Source: an uncultured virus (IMG/VR IMGVR_UViG_3300032300_000143) (Duplodnaviria; Heunggongvirae; Uroviricota; Caudoviricetes). From it: 64,000 bases of DNA. Position numbers and translations under genes: made by a program. A model generated the notes under the pieces. That model made no database searches. It was not told the DNA's origin and saw only the letters and a program-made list of their open reading frames with translations. Shown piece by piece: positions 21,501 to 30,882 of this stretch (positions within the stretch are counted from its first letter, which is position 1; every line of letters starts with the position of its first letter). Where the stretch lies: the IMG/VR virus record IMGVR_UViG_3300032300_000143, one strand, 5' to 3'.

Positions 21501-24500
21501 GAAGATATTGTCAAAAATTCCACTACAAACATAGTCACTGTAACTACGAGTCAAAAACACGGACTTACTGTGGATGAAATTGTAGGTATAAAAGACATTA
21601 TAAATTTTACCGGATTTTATAAAGTTGTAGCAGTTACTGATTATACCTTTGGCGTTCAAGACGGCCCCGGCCCCGTGCCAGCTGCTCCAGATATCAGTTC
21701 CATACAATACAACATATATCTGTTGACTCAATCTCGATTTAATTCTTATCAGGATGTTGGAGATCAAACAGCTTCCTTGTTAAAGCAAGGATCAAAATTA
21801 TGGATAGACAACGCCGATGCAACTGTGGGCAATTGGGAGGTTGTTGAAAAACAAAGACTGTACGCTGAAAAAATTATAACTAATTTTGGAGCCACAGATC
21901 CTAGAAATACAGGAAGAGCTGTAGTATATGCTGCCAATCTCAATCAAGTCATCACAGGTATACCTTCTGCCAACTCCGTAATGGTTTACTCAGAAACTGC
22001 TACGGGATTATCTGTAAAAGAAATACTACAGCCAGAAACCGGATTTGCAAATACACTAGCAAATAGCTTTGGTGATGCTATTGCTATTAGTCCCGATAAC
22101 GTTTGGTTGGCAGTAGGAGCTCCCTTGGCTTCCGGTGTGCCTAGTAGATTCAAAGGAATCTATGAGGACACTTATTCCTATATTGCAGGCGACATAGTGT
22201 TGCAAAATGGAAAATTATGGGAAGCCACTAACGATCAACAACCTGGCGATGGTAGTACCAACACTCTCAACACATTGTCTGCAAATTTTAGAAATGAAGA
22301 TTGGAAACTTGTTGATATAGTCTATGCCAACGCATCAGGATCTCTAGGACCAGTAAATCAAGGTTTAGTGATTCTGTACAAACGAAAAAATAATGCATGG
22401 GAATTGCAACATACAATTCTTAGTCCCCGAATTGAAGCAAATGAAAAATTTGGATCCAGTATATCTATTGGAGTTTCTGGAGCAAATTACTACATGTCGA
22501 TCTCTGCTCCGGGATCTCTCAATAATCTAGGCAGGGTATATCTTTACAAATACACAGGTACAACAGCAGGATCAACTACACAGATTCTTACATTTAATGG
22601 TACTAGTGCTGTAAATTATGTAGTGAATACAATTACATTTTCAAGAAATCATAATTATATTACCGGTCAACTTGTAAGATATCTCAATGGCACATATGCC
22701 GGAGATGATAAATCTGCAGCAACATCACCACCGCCACCTGAAGATTACACTATTTTGTATGTAATAAGAATTACAGATACTGTCATACAATTAGCAACTT
22801 CGGTAGTAAACTCTACAACCGGAACAGAAATTGACCTCAAAGATTTTGGTATAGATGATTCAAGTTCTCATACTTTAATCAGTACAGCAACTGTTGGTTG
22901 GAAACAAATGGGAGATCCTGAATATCGAGGATTGTATACCAACAGTGCTAGTGCCATTTACAGTCAAGGATCTAAAGTTTGGTATGAAGGAAAAATATAT
23001 CAGGCACTAGAAGACACCTACGGTGATGGAACATCGCTTGATTTATCTACCAGTAATTCTTGGCAAGTGTTAGATGAGTCTGTAACTGAAGTTTCGCTGC
23101 CATCAAACATTGCTTTAATCGACAGCGGAAATATTGTTCCAATTTTTCAAGACAGTTCTACAGCTATTCTAGGATCAGTGTATCCGTTGGTTGCTGCCGG
23201 CAGTTTTAAAGTAGGTGAAATATACAGAATTGAATATTACGGAACTACAAATTTTGAAATTATAGGTAGTAATCCTGCAGCCGGCGACGGCCTAACATTC
23301 AAAGCTACTGGAGTTGGTTCTGGTACAGGCACAGCCAGATGGATATCCTATCAGTTTGCAGAATTAATTAAAGCTGGCGATATGTTTGGTCAAAGCCAAG
23401 CCATGAGTCGAGATGGTGGTATTTTGGTAGTTGGAGCCCCTGAAAGTGACGGAGTATACATTGCTAACTACAAAGGTTCATGGACAAATTATCAAACATA
23501 TTACGAAGATGATGTAGTAAAGTATTCTGGAAATTATTATAGATTAGTTGATTATAATCCTATTACAGGCGGCGAAGCAGATTCGTCTGAAGATTCTACT
23601 TATATAACAACTAGTAAAAATGATGTTCCTACAAGCAGCAGTCCTCAAGGCCCTTGGACTCTTGTTAGTTCTGAAATTTCTCTTCCTTCTGGAAAGATTT
23701 TTATCTACAAAAGAAATGCCAGCGACGTCTACGAACTAGCTCAAACAATTACTGCCGGTTCTCTAACTGAAATTAGTGATGTGTCAACTATTGACAATCT
23801 AAATACTGGAGACAAATTTGGAACAGCAGTAGACATTGACTATAATGGAACTACAATTATTGCCAGTAGTCCACTAGCAGATGTAAAATCTTCTGATCAA
23901 GGGGCAGTGTTTGTGTTTAAGTCAGCACAATTGGATAATATTTCTTATAGATTAAAACAAAGATTAATCAGCCACGAAAATTATGTCAATGAATATTTTG
24001 GTTCTGCTATTAGTATAAGCCCTGCAACAGAAAAAATAGTTGTTGGCGCCACTAATGCCAGTTTCAATCTGTTTACAATATATGATCAAGGTTCTACATC
24101 GTTTGATAATACAAACACTACATTTAGTTCCGACGAAGGTAACACAGGACAGGTCTATGTATTTGAAAGAAAAGATCAAACTTATCATTTAACAGAAAAA
24201 TTATATGTACCAGATCTCCAAGACTGGGAATCATTTGGTTCTAGTGTAGACTGTATTGGCTCTGTAATAGCTGTGGGATCTCCTACCTATCGTGATACTG
24301 TGTATAGAATAGGTGTTAATTTCACAACCACTATTCTATTAGGTGCTAGCGGAAACAACGCACTTACAGTAGACGTAGTAATACAAAGCGGAGTTATTGT
24401 ATCTGCTATAGCTAAGGATTCTGGAGCTGGATATACTGTCAGTGACATAGACGATGCTACTGATGCTATTGAAATCAACGGATCTGCAGACAAGGCTCGT

Positions 24501-27500
24501 ATTAAAGTACAGACAATGTCAGGTGGTACTATAACTAGTTTGTTTGTAGTTTACGGAGGCAGTGGATACACCGGCAGTGCAGAAGTCATTGAAACTGGCC
24601 AGGTTAGATTGTTTACTAAAGACACAACTAAAAATCCGTGGAACACTATTGCCTCTAGACAAGATCTAACTGATATAGAATTGTTTAAAAATATTTCAAT
24701 GTACGATAATGAAAACAATGTAAAAATTTCAGACATTGAAATAGTTGATCATTACAAATTAAAAATACTAGGCGCAGCCGAACAAGAATTAAAGTTTAAA
24801 ACTCTGTATGATCCTGCCACATATACCAACGGCACTGATCAACAAGAAGTTGATGAATCTCAGGCCTGGTTTGAAAAACATGTCGGAGAACTATGGTGGG
24901 ACCTAAGCACAGCCAAATGGTTGCTGTATGAACAAGGAGATATTTCTTATCGAATCGGTAACTGGAATCAATTGGCCTACGGTGCAAGCATTGATGTGTA
25001 TGAATGGGTAGAATCAAAATATTTGCCTAGCAGATGGACTGTATTGGCAGATACAACCGAAGGTCTTGCACAAGGAATTTCAGGCCAGCCGTTATACCCA
25101 GATAATACAGTGTATTCTGTAAAGATTTTAACTAATCCTTCAACAGGCGAAACTACAGATACAAAATATTATTATTGGGTCAAGAATAAAAATATAGTAC
25201 CAAAAAATGTTCCAGGCAGAAGAATTACGGCTTCGGATGTAAAGAGTTATATTGAAAACCCAATAGGCACAGGACAGCCTATACTGTCTCCGATAGCCGC
25301 TGATACACTATTAGCTTTCAATTTTGAATCTTTGATTTCTTCAAATACCGCGTTGATTAATATTCAATATAGAAAAAATCTAAAAGCCTTAAATGCTATT
25401 CACAATGAATATCAGTTGTTGACTGAAGGCGTTGTAGACAGTCTTCCAACAGAAACTCTAGAAGCCAAATGGATAGACAGTTTAGTAGGGTACGATCTTG
25501 CTGGTAGTATAGTACCGGACGCTGGTATACCTATTAAGCAAAGATACGGTATAAGTTTTAGACCTCGTCAGGCAATGTTCAAAGATAGATTTGCTATTTT
25601 AAAAACAGTAATTACCAATATTAACTCAGTATTAAAAACTCGAGCGTTTTCCGATACTTTAAATTTTATCAACCTCGGATCAGTTGATCCAGAACCGGCT
25701 AGTGTATTAAATCAGTACGATGTACGTGTAGACACACTTACTGATCTTGCAGAAGTGGGAACAACAAGGGTAAAAAAAGCTGTATTAAGAGCCAATATTG
25801 TTGACGGAGAAATTGATACTATTGATATTGTTGATTCAGGATTTGGCTACAGGAATGCTCCATTCGTTAATATTGAAGGAAACGGACAAGGAGCCACAGC
25901 ACAAGTAACTATTGACAGTCAAGGCAGAATAAATTCTGCTACTGTATTGTCCAAAGGTCGCCGTTACACAGCTGCCGTAGCAGAAATAAGATATTTTTCT
26001 GTTCTAGTGGCTCAAGATAGTTCAATCAACAATTACTGGAGTATCTATTCCTGGGACGATATAAGAAAAACTTTCTTTAGGTCTAAGTCTCAGGCTTTTA
26101 ATACTAACAACTATTGGGAATATATTGATTGGTGGCAAGACGGGTACGGAGTGACTTCTAGAATAGTTAAAGAAATTACCGACCTTTATCAAGAATCTGC
26201 AATATCTGTCAACGTAGGAGACCTAATACGTATTCAAGAATTTGCTAATGGCGGTTGGGCAGTTTTAGAAAAAACTGAATCTACTCAAGGTAATATTTTA
26301 GATAATTATATTCTTGTTGGCAGAAAAAATGGTACCATTAATTTAATAATTGACGATCTAGTTTCTGTACAAAATATAGGATATGACAATGCCATTTCTT
26401 TTGATGCTAATGTTTATGATATAAATCCTACACAAGAACTGCGTAACATTTTAAAAGCAACTAAGGAAGATATTTTTATTGAAGACCTTAGAGTGGAATG
26501 GAACAAATTATTCTTTACCAGTATTCGATATGCGTTTGTAGAACAACCATACATTGATTGGGCTTTTAAGACCAGTTTCTTAAACGCCACTCATAATGTT
26601 GGAGATTTAGAGCAAAAAATAAATTATAAAAATGATAATTTAGAAAATTTCCAAGAATACATAGAAGAAATTAAACCCTATAGAACCACAATTAGAGAAT
26701 ATATTTCCAAGTACACAGATAGAGATACTTCGTATTCGGGAACTACCGACTTTGATTTACCTCCAGTGTATTCGACTCAAGATGGAAAAATATTACCAAT
26801 TGGATCAAACAGCGACAGATTTAGTAACTATCCCTGGAAGTGGTGGAATGACAATAACGGATACGTTGTTACTGAAATTATGGTGTCTAACGGCGGCGCT
26901 GATTACACAGAAGTTCCTAGTGTAATAATTGAAGGCAACGGTATCGGAGCAACAGCCCAGGCATTTGTAGCCAATGGCAGTGTTGTAGCTGTAAAGGTTC
27001 TAAACAAAGGTCAAGGTTATAAACAGGCGCCTATTATTAGACTAGTTGGCGGCAACGGAACCAGTCAAAGCATTGCCAAAGCTGTGGCCATAATTGGCGA
27101 AACCGCGGTAAGAACATTTGACCTTACTGTAAAATTTGATAGAATTGCCAAGCAAGGAATATACCAAACGTTTACCAAATCTGAAATTTTTACAGCCACA
27201 GGAGTTTCTGCAGTTTTTCAATTGCAATATGCTCCTAATAGAGACAAGAGCAAGATTTCAATAACTAAAAATAATCAAATTGTATTGAACAGTGAATATA
27301 CAATCACATTGTATACTTCCACAACGGATACATATAGCTTGATCAAAGGCAAATTAATTTTCAATATAACTCCAGCTCTAGGTGATGTGATAGAAATAAA
27401 CTATGAAAAGAATGTAGAATTATTTGATAGCATAAACAGAATCGAAAACTATTATGCACCTACTGAAGGAATGCGTGGCAATGAACTGGCACAATTAATG

Positions 27501-30209
27501 ACTGGTATCGACTTTGGCGGTGTACAAATTCAAGGAACAACTTTTGATGTTACTGGCGGTTGGGATGCTCTTCCATGGTTTACTGACAGTTGGGACAGTG
27601 TGGAATCAAATAGTGATTTTTATTACGTGGCCGACGGAAGTACTGTTGCGGTAACATTGCCATTTATTCCTGCGGCAGGAGAACAGATTTCTGTATATTG
27701 GAAACCTTCGGGCACAAGAATACCCGGCGATATACAGACACTCGGCGGCCCAGCAGATCCTCCCATAAATCCACAGGTTATTATAGAATCAGGAATCACT
27801 GCTCCTAAAACAATTAGGGTAGATGATCCTAACTGGATTCAAAATTGGGACAGTTCAAATGCCACTAATCCCAACGCACAAATGCCCACATTTGTAGGGG
27901 ATGGATCTACTAGAGTAGTTGAAATCGGTCAATATATCAGTGTAGAACCAGGCGATACATTGATCTTCCGCAAGTTAGACAGTGACGGATCAGTAACTAT
28001 TACTGATGTAAATCTTTTAGATACTAAATTAAGTGGTGGATCATTGTCAAATATCGGTGGTGCGTATCAAACAGCCAACGGTCTCACTGCCGAAGAAATT
28101 GTCATAGACGGTGATAAATTCATTAGTCCGGATCAAGTTCCGGCACCTGAAGAAAACATTCCTGGTCAAGTGTTAGAAAGTGTAAGCATCAAAGTGTTCC
28201 ATACCTATCCTCAAGGATCTGCCTTGATACAAAATACTATTGTATATTCAGATGGTGTAAAATTTAGATATGCTATAGGTATTGATATATTAGAAAATAA
28301 TTCAGTGATTGTTTATATTAACAAAATTAAACAAGAACTTTATCAGGATTATACTATAGATTACGAAACCAACGAGGTAGTATTTAACTATGTACCAATC
28401 AGTACCGCTGTAATTGAAATACTGGCATTTGGCCTAGGCGGTGTAAATTTACTAGACTATCAAGAATTTGTTGCAGACGGCATAACCACATTGTTTTTAA
28501 CCAAAGCAATTTTCAGTCAAACTGCATCAATATTGGTCACAGTCAACGGTGATGCTATTGATACTGGATTTTTAGACAGTGCTGATTTTACAGATACTCC
28601 AAATAAAACGTTGGTACAGTTTGGTATCGCTCCAGTGATCAACAGTGTAATCAAGGTAGTATGCTTAGGCCCTGGCTTAGATACAGACTCAACAGGACAG
28701 AGTATAATTAGAGTTAATAATCAAACTATAGTCTACGACGGGTCAACTACTAGATTTGTAGTAGATAAATTTGTTAATTTGTCCAGAGCATCGGCTATAT
28801 CTAATCTACTTGTAAACATCAATGGACAACAAGTCAACGGTCCTGATACTGTGCTAACAGTCTACGACGGAACTAACAATCAAATTACTATTGGAGTAGA
28901 TCCAATAAGATTCCCAGGCTCAATAACTTATCCTGATATTCAAGTTTTTGTAAACAACAACCCAACAATTCAGGTAGTAGATTATACACTCAATTCTGGA
29001 TCTAATATTATCACTGTGCGGCCAGACATTTTGGATATAGGTGATGTTATTAGAATTGTTGTCACAGCATTTGCAGATTATCAAATAGACAGTGATGAAA
29101 TTGTTTTTACAGATGCAATCATGGCCACCTTGGAAAACAACGATGACAGCACTACAAAAGATATAATTGAAATTGTTTGGTTTAGTGAATATCCTAGTAT
29201 GGATATTGTAGCTGATCAATTTTCGGGAGGAAAAGTTCAATATCAACTTTCTAGAACTCCTATAAATTCTAGTTATGTATGGGTCTATATAAATGGAGTA
29301 AGACAAACACAGGATCGTGATTTTAGTGTATCTCTGCCAAGAGGAGTAGTATATCTAAATGTTGTAACAACTACCGAAGATGATGTAAAAATTGTTGAAT
29401 TTGGCAATGACATTTATAAATTTCCTAGTGCATATGAAATTTATAAAGATATGTTGAACATATATCATTTTAAACGCTATAGTAGAAATGATGTTAAGTT
29501 AGCAGTAGCATTGAATTATTACGATCAAAGCATCACAGTGATTAACGGTGATCAATTATATGATCCAACTGATCGACCAGTGTCGGGTATTGTATACATC
29601 AATAATGAAAGAATAGAATATTTGCAAAAGTCTGGAAATGTACTTACACAACTTCGTAGAGGAAGTTTAGGAACTGCTATTGCGGCAATTCACGCAGAGG
29701 GTAGTTTTGTAACAGACAGCGGTCCCTTAGAAACTATTCCGTATAATGAAACACAACACCGATTGGATTTTGTCAGCGACGGCAGCACACTATTAGTTGG
29801 TCCTTTGGATTTTGTTCCTGCACAAGGAACTAGAAGTTCATGGTTCCGAGGAATTGACATTGTAACAGGTGGTCCCAATATTCCGTTGACTTACGGAGCG
29901 TGCGATCAACTAGAAATATTTGTAGCCGGCACTAGATTACGTAAAAATCCTGTTGATGTATTCGATGAAGATCTAGGACCTAACGGCAGCAAAGAAATAG
30001 AAGCAGAATTCAGTGTGGACGGAACAAGTCCTTACGTAAGGATAACTAAAGCAATACCAGCAGGTACACGCATCACTGTAATAAGAAAAACAGGAAGAAC
30101 TTGGTATGATCGAGGTATTACAACAGCATCAGCCGGAAAAACTCTACAGAAAAATGACACCGCGATCAGCAATTTTATTTTACAAAAGACAACGATCATA
30201 CCAGAATAA
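15531..30209 (+). CDS. Giant baseplate wedge/receptor-binding structural protein (4892 aa; gp7 position)
   Basis: Uninterrupted 14.7-kb ORF after gp6; FG-GAP-like repeats, CBM5/12-like motifs and G-x-GY beta repeats. Confidence 0.75.
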   Translation: MAKDIFPQSQLPIRRTVELLPEVFQTETNAKFMSAVVDPLVQPGTLSKTVGYVGRRYGKTYNGSDVYLDTDATLRSRYQLEPGVTVKEKDKVENFYDYIDFKNQLKFFGNNLERDDLITDQDHYSWTPPIDWDKFVNFREYYWVPDGPPPVTVFGQRQSIISTYRVRLGVGSSWVFFPDGLSLNPTLTLYRGQTYKFQVNAPGEGFVIKTAYDTGSLVYKPYLPYQQGQFAVFNNKLWKAKTFIAVTDGSTIDENSQDWEYVEAASQGTALDYNTGITGQGATNGTLTFTVPFDAPDVLFYQSATDINRFGRFLIADIESNTKIDITNEVIGKTTYVSSNGITFTNGMKVRFSGLVTPTKYSADTWIIEGVGESIKLIRFQDLSPPTLSTSSLEVLFDDGGFDTEPFDDAATYPESKDYITINRASQDSNPWSRYNRWFHRSVLEQAHSFNDNEFDLVETARAKRPIIEFSSNLQLFNHGSLAKTPVDFIDTFTTDVFSTIEGSLGYNIDGEELFNGARLLVTADTDTLANNRIYTVNFITHNNRRQINLVETTDANSTIGDGVFVRRGLLNKGIMYHFNGTSWVPSQKKTAVNQSPLFDVFDDNGVSYGDMDTYPVSSFLGTKLVSYKVGNSIVDNELGFSLSYLNINNVGDIEFNFDWDIDSFDYHSSKEVFFKTIRQGYYKFTNTGSYANGWLKSDRTYLQPVIYSTTVTESSTRIVSDGIKWTDVQDDEISKILIYINGIKYSGNYTRNQNIFTFPNSLKINDIVTVKVFADADPHLGYYEIPVGLEKNPLNGEVKTFTLGQAVDHVSTAIDLFDQFSGSYPGLSNLRDITGYQNLSRRFLKHSGITPTAIMLMCDKHVNIIKSIQHAKKSYTEFKNNFIKFAETATYNLDPVGFVDEILAIMSKVKTQKDAFADSDMVGSGAYNLKEYVVEDTEITTFALNTKFNLTQLSRTAVYIYINNIQLIHGIDYTFNDTFGFVSVSKALTEGDIIQIKEYVSSSFCFIPPTPSKLGLYKTYTPSLFLDDTYVTPINVIQGHDGSITVAYGDFRDDVLLELEKRIYNNIKQEYTEELFSQDNILGGYYGSSTYTKQELDSVISSEFLRWFSETNVDYLTNTFFDSEDSFTYTYSNMGDPTGQLNLPGWWRGVYTWLYDTDRPHRCPWEMLGFSQQPSWWEDQYGSAPYTSNNLLLWEDLSGGIIRQGSRAGIYDRYKRATLLNHIPVDGDGNLLSPFESGSATNFVLYNNKGTFKFGDLAPVEYAWRSSSDYPFVIMLALCLMRPYEFIIETLDKSRIKVNKIGQTVNKNTNLFFKNTDIIIPTSGGNQTSGLVNYVVDYLRSRGLTESVLQKKIDNLDVNLSTRLSGFVDQSQQKYILDSKNPSASTSNIFLPQENYDINFNISSPISSPSYSALVIEKLASGFKLFGYDISEPYFRYFEAVKSSNDPLISVGGVSENFIDWEANKIFGNGTIIRVADIFYRCIKSHTSGIEFDAQFWQRIAKLPLVGAVEVFRRRTVNSAAVKELPYGTVFASLQDIADFIVGYDAYLQSQGFEFTGYDGNLESAKDWITSIKELLFWSKHKWAESSLITLSPAAAKIELNINIGVADNLLDSFYDYNILKVDGTILPVEFINVNREFKKITVDVVNDSDGIYFFRCYFVLKEHVTIFDDRTVFNDVIYDKPTGYRQERIKSRGFRTVDWDGDYTSPGFLFDNVNIQIWQPFTDYKLGDIVNYKSYNWTSLVNQQGSDQFKDSNWTKLDTTPAKGLISNFDVRVSQFEDYYNVDADGAGASQRELARHLIGYQTREYLQNLAEDNVTQFKLYQGFIREKGTANAVVKVFDKLSRITADSIVLDEEWAFNVGRLGGLDQLNEIEFEIVKDNLLVNPQAIVVTNGPIDKNSLDKYLRVNQTNFTRSLLPYSVDINPLTEYQGITRNAGYVKTDQIELFVKSREEILSLDISSLIENSHIWVTFDNASWTVLRFNLNTALTIEDIVKNSTTNIVTVTTSQKHGLTVDEIVGIKDIINFTGFYKVVAVTDYTFGVQDGPGPVPAAPDISSIQYNIYLLTQSRFNSYQDVGDQTASLLKQGSKLWIDNADATVGNWEVVEKQRLYAEKIITNFGATDPRNTGRAVVYAANLNQVITGIPSANSVMVYSETATGLSVKEILQPETGFANTLANSFGDAIAISPDNVWLAVGAPLASGVPSRFKGIYEDTYSYIAGDIVLQNGKLWEATNDQQPGDGSTNTLNTLSANFRNEDWKLVDIVYANASGSLGPVNQGLVILYKRKNNAWELQHTILSPRIEANEKFGSSISIGVSGANYYMSISAPGSLNNLGRVYLYKYTGTTAGSTTQILTFNGTSAVNYVVNTITFSRNHNYITGQLVRYLNGTYAGDDKSAATSPPPPEDYTILYVIRITDTVIQLATSVVNSTTGTEIDLKDFGIDDSSSHTLISTATVGWKQMGDPEYRGLYTNSASAIYSQGSKVWYEGKIYQALEDTYGDGTSLDLSTSNSWQVLDESVTEVSLPSNIALIDSGNIVPIFQDSSTAILGSVYPLVAAGSFKVGEIYRIEYYGTTNFEIIGSNPAAGDGLTFKATGVGSGTGTARWISYQFAELIKAGDMFGQSQAMSRDGGILVVGAPESDGVYIANYKGSWTNYQTYYEDDVVKYSGNYYRLVDYNPITGGEADSSEDSTYITTSKNDVPTSSSPQGPWTLVSSEISLPSGKIFIYKRNASDVYELAQTITAGSLTEISDVSTIDNLNTGDKFGTAVDIDYNGTTIIASSPLADVKSSDQGAVFVFKSAQLDNISYRLKQRLISHENYVNEYFGSAISISPATEKIVVGATNASFNLFTIYDQGSTSFDNTNTTFSSDEGNTGQVYVFERKDQTYHLTEKLYVPDLQDWESFGSSVDCIGSVIAVGSPTYRDTVYRIGVNFTTTILLGASGNNALTVDVVIQSGVIVSAIAKDSGAGYTVSDIDDATDAIEINGSADKARIKVQTMSGGTITSLFVVYGGSGYTGSAEVIETGQVRLFTKDTTKNPWNTIASRQDLTDIELFKNISMYDNENNVKISDIEIVDHYKLKILGAAEQELKFKTLYDPATYTNGTDQQEVDESQAWFEKHVGELWWDLSTAKWLLYEQGDISYRIGNWNQLAYGASIDVYEWVESKYLPSRWTVLADTTEGLAQGISGQPLYPDNTVYSVKILTNPSTGETTDTKYYYWVKNKNIVPKNVPGRRITASDVKSYIENPIGTGQPILSPIAADTLLAFNFESLISSNTALINIQYRKNLKALNAIHNEYQLLTEGVVDSLPTETLEAKWIDSLVGYDLAGSIVPDAGIPIKQRYGISFRPRQAMFKDRFAILKTVITNINSVLKTRAFSDTLNFINLGSVDPEPASVLNQYDVRVDTLTDLAEVGTTRVKKAVLRANIVDGEIDTIDIVDSGFGYRNAPFVNIEGNGQGATAQVTIDSQGRINSATVLSKGRRYTAAVAEIRYFSVLVAQDSSINNYWSIYSWDDIRKTFFRSKSQAFNTNNYWEYIDWWQDGYGVTSRIVKEITDLYQESAISVNVGDLIRIQEFANGGWAVLEKTESTQGNILDNYILVGRKNGTINLIIDDLVSVQNIGYDNAISFDANVYDINPTQELRNILKATKEDIFIEDLRVEWNKLFFTSIRYAFVEQPYIDWAFKTSFLNATHNVGDLEQKINYKNDNLENFQEYIEEIKPYRTTIREYISKYTDRDTSYSGTTDFDLPPVYSTQDGKILPIGSNSDRFSNYPWKWWNDNNGYVVTEIMVSNGGADYTEVPSVIIEGNGIGATAQAFVANGSVVAVKVLNKGQGYKQAPIIRLVGGNGTSQSIAKAVAIIGETAVRTFDLTVKFDRIAKQGIYQTFTKSEIFTATGVSAVFQLQYAPNRDKSKISITKNNQIVLNSEYTITLYTSTTDTYSLIKGKLIFNITPALGDVIEINYEKNVELFDSINRIENYYAPTEGMRGNELAQLMTGIDFGGVQIQGTTFDVTGGWDALPWFTDSWDSVESNSDFYYVADGSTVAVTLPFIPAAGEQISVYWKPSGTRIPGDIQTLGGPADPPINPQVIIESGITAPKTIRVDDPNWIQNWDSSNATNPNAQMPTFVGDGSTRVVEIGQYISVEPGDTLIFRKLDSDGSVTITDVNLLDTKLSGGSLSNIGGAYQTANGLTAEEIVIDGDKFISPDQVPAPEENIPGQVLESVSIKVFHTYPQGSALIQNTIVYSDGVKFRYAIGIDILENNSVIVYINKIKQELYQDYTIDYETNEVVFNYVPISTAVIEILAFGLGGVNLLDYQEFVADGITTLFLTKAIFSQTASILVTVNGDAIDTGFLDSADFTDTPNKTLVQFGIAPVINSVIKVVCLGPGLDTDSTGQSIIRVNNQTIVYDGSTTRFVVDKFVNLSRASAISNLLVNINGQQVNGPDTVLTVYDGTNNQITIGVDPIRFPGSITYPDIQVFVNNNPTIQVVDYTLNSGSNIITVRPDILDIGDVIRIVVTAFADYQIDSDEIVFTDAIMATLENNDDSTTKDIIEIVWFSEYPSMDIVADQFSGGKVQYQLSRTPINSSYVWVYINGVRQTQDRDFSVSLPRGVVYLNVVTTTEDDVKIVEFGNDIYKFPSAYEIYKDMLNIYHFKRYSRNDVKLAVALNYYDQSITVINGDQLYDPTDRPVSGIVYINNERIEYLQKSGNVLTQLRRGSLGTAIAAIHAEGSFVTDSGPLETIPYNETQHRLDFVSDGSTLLVGPLDFVPAQGTRSSWFRGIDIVTGGPNIPLTYGACDQLEIFVAGTRLRKNPVDVFDEDLGPNGSKEIEAEFSVDGTSPYVRITKAIPAGTRITVIRKTGRTWYDRGITTASAGKTLQKNDTAISNFILQKTTIIPE

Positions 30210-30212
30210 ATA
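30205..30212 (+). promoter_or_regulatory. Late promoter (AATAAATA) overlapping the stop of the giant gene
   Basis: Motif match upstream of the next structural gene. Confidence 0.55.
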
Positions 30213-30216
30213 CACT

Positions 30217-30879
30217 ATGAATAATAATTTCAACGAGCTTAATATGCCCAACGAACAAAAACAACCAGAAAAAACACCTAACGAAAGTGGTGGATTCCAC
30301 GTTGAGGGACACATAAAAATATTTGATCCTGAAACTGGAGAAGTATTTCAAGATAAACGAAATGCCATCCATTATGAAAATATGAGTGTTGCCATGGTTA
30401 ACAGTCTTAGTAATCAAGGCCAAGGATGGATTTATCAAATGGTTTTTGGCAACGGTGGAACCACAGTAGACCCAACTGGACTGATTAGTTATCTAACACC
30501 AAACACTGTAGGAGTTAATACCAGTCTGTATAATCAAACCTATGCCAAAGTAGTGGACAAAAATGCCACAGAAAATACAGATCCTATCAGGAATAAAATG
30601 GAAATTAGACACATAAGTGGAGCCACTTACAGTGATATTATTATTAGTTGTTTGTTAGATTATGGTGAACCAGACGGACAGGATGCATTTGACAACAGTC
30701 AAGATATGAGTGGCAATTTTGTTTTCGATGAACTGGGTTTGAGATCTTACAGCGACAGCGGCACCGGCAAATTATTAACTCACGTTATTTTTCACCCTGT
30801 TCAAAAGTCTCTGAATAGGTTGTTGCAGGTTGATTATACAATCCGTGTTCAGAGCTTAACTGGATTCACAGAGGTGTAA
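30217..30879 (+). CDS. Virion structural protein (baseplate/fibre attachment)
   Basis: GHIKIFD..NAIH..FDELGL..LLTHVIFHPVQKSLNR; start reassigned from 30106, which overlaps the giant gene, to ATG 30217 (alternative 30244). Confidence 0.65.
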   Translation: MNNNFNELNMPNEQKQPEKTPNESGGFHVEGHIKIFDPETGEVFQDKRNAIHYENMSVAMVNSLSNQGQGWIYQMVFGNGGTTVDPTGLISYLTPNTVGVNTSLYNQTYAKVVDKNATENTDPIRNKMEIRHISGATYSDIIISCLLDYGEPDGQDAFDNSQDMSGNFVFDELGLRSYSDSGTGKLLTHVIFHPVQKSLNRLLQVDYTIRVQSLTGFTEV

Positions 30880-30882
30880 TAA

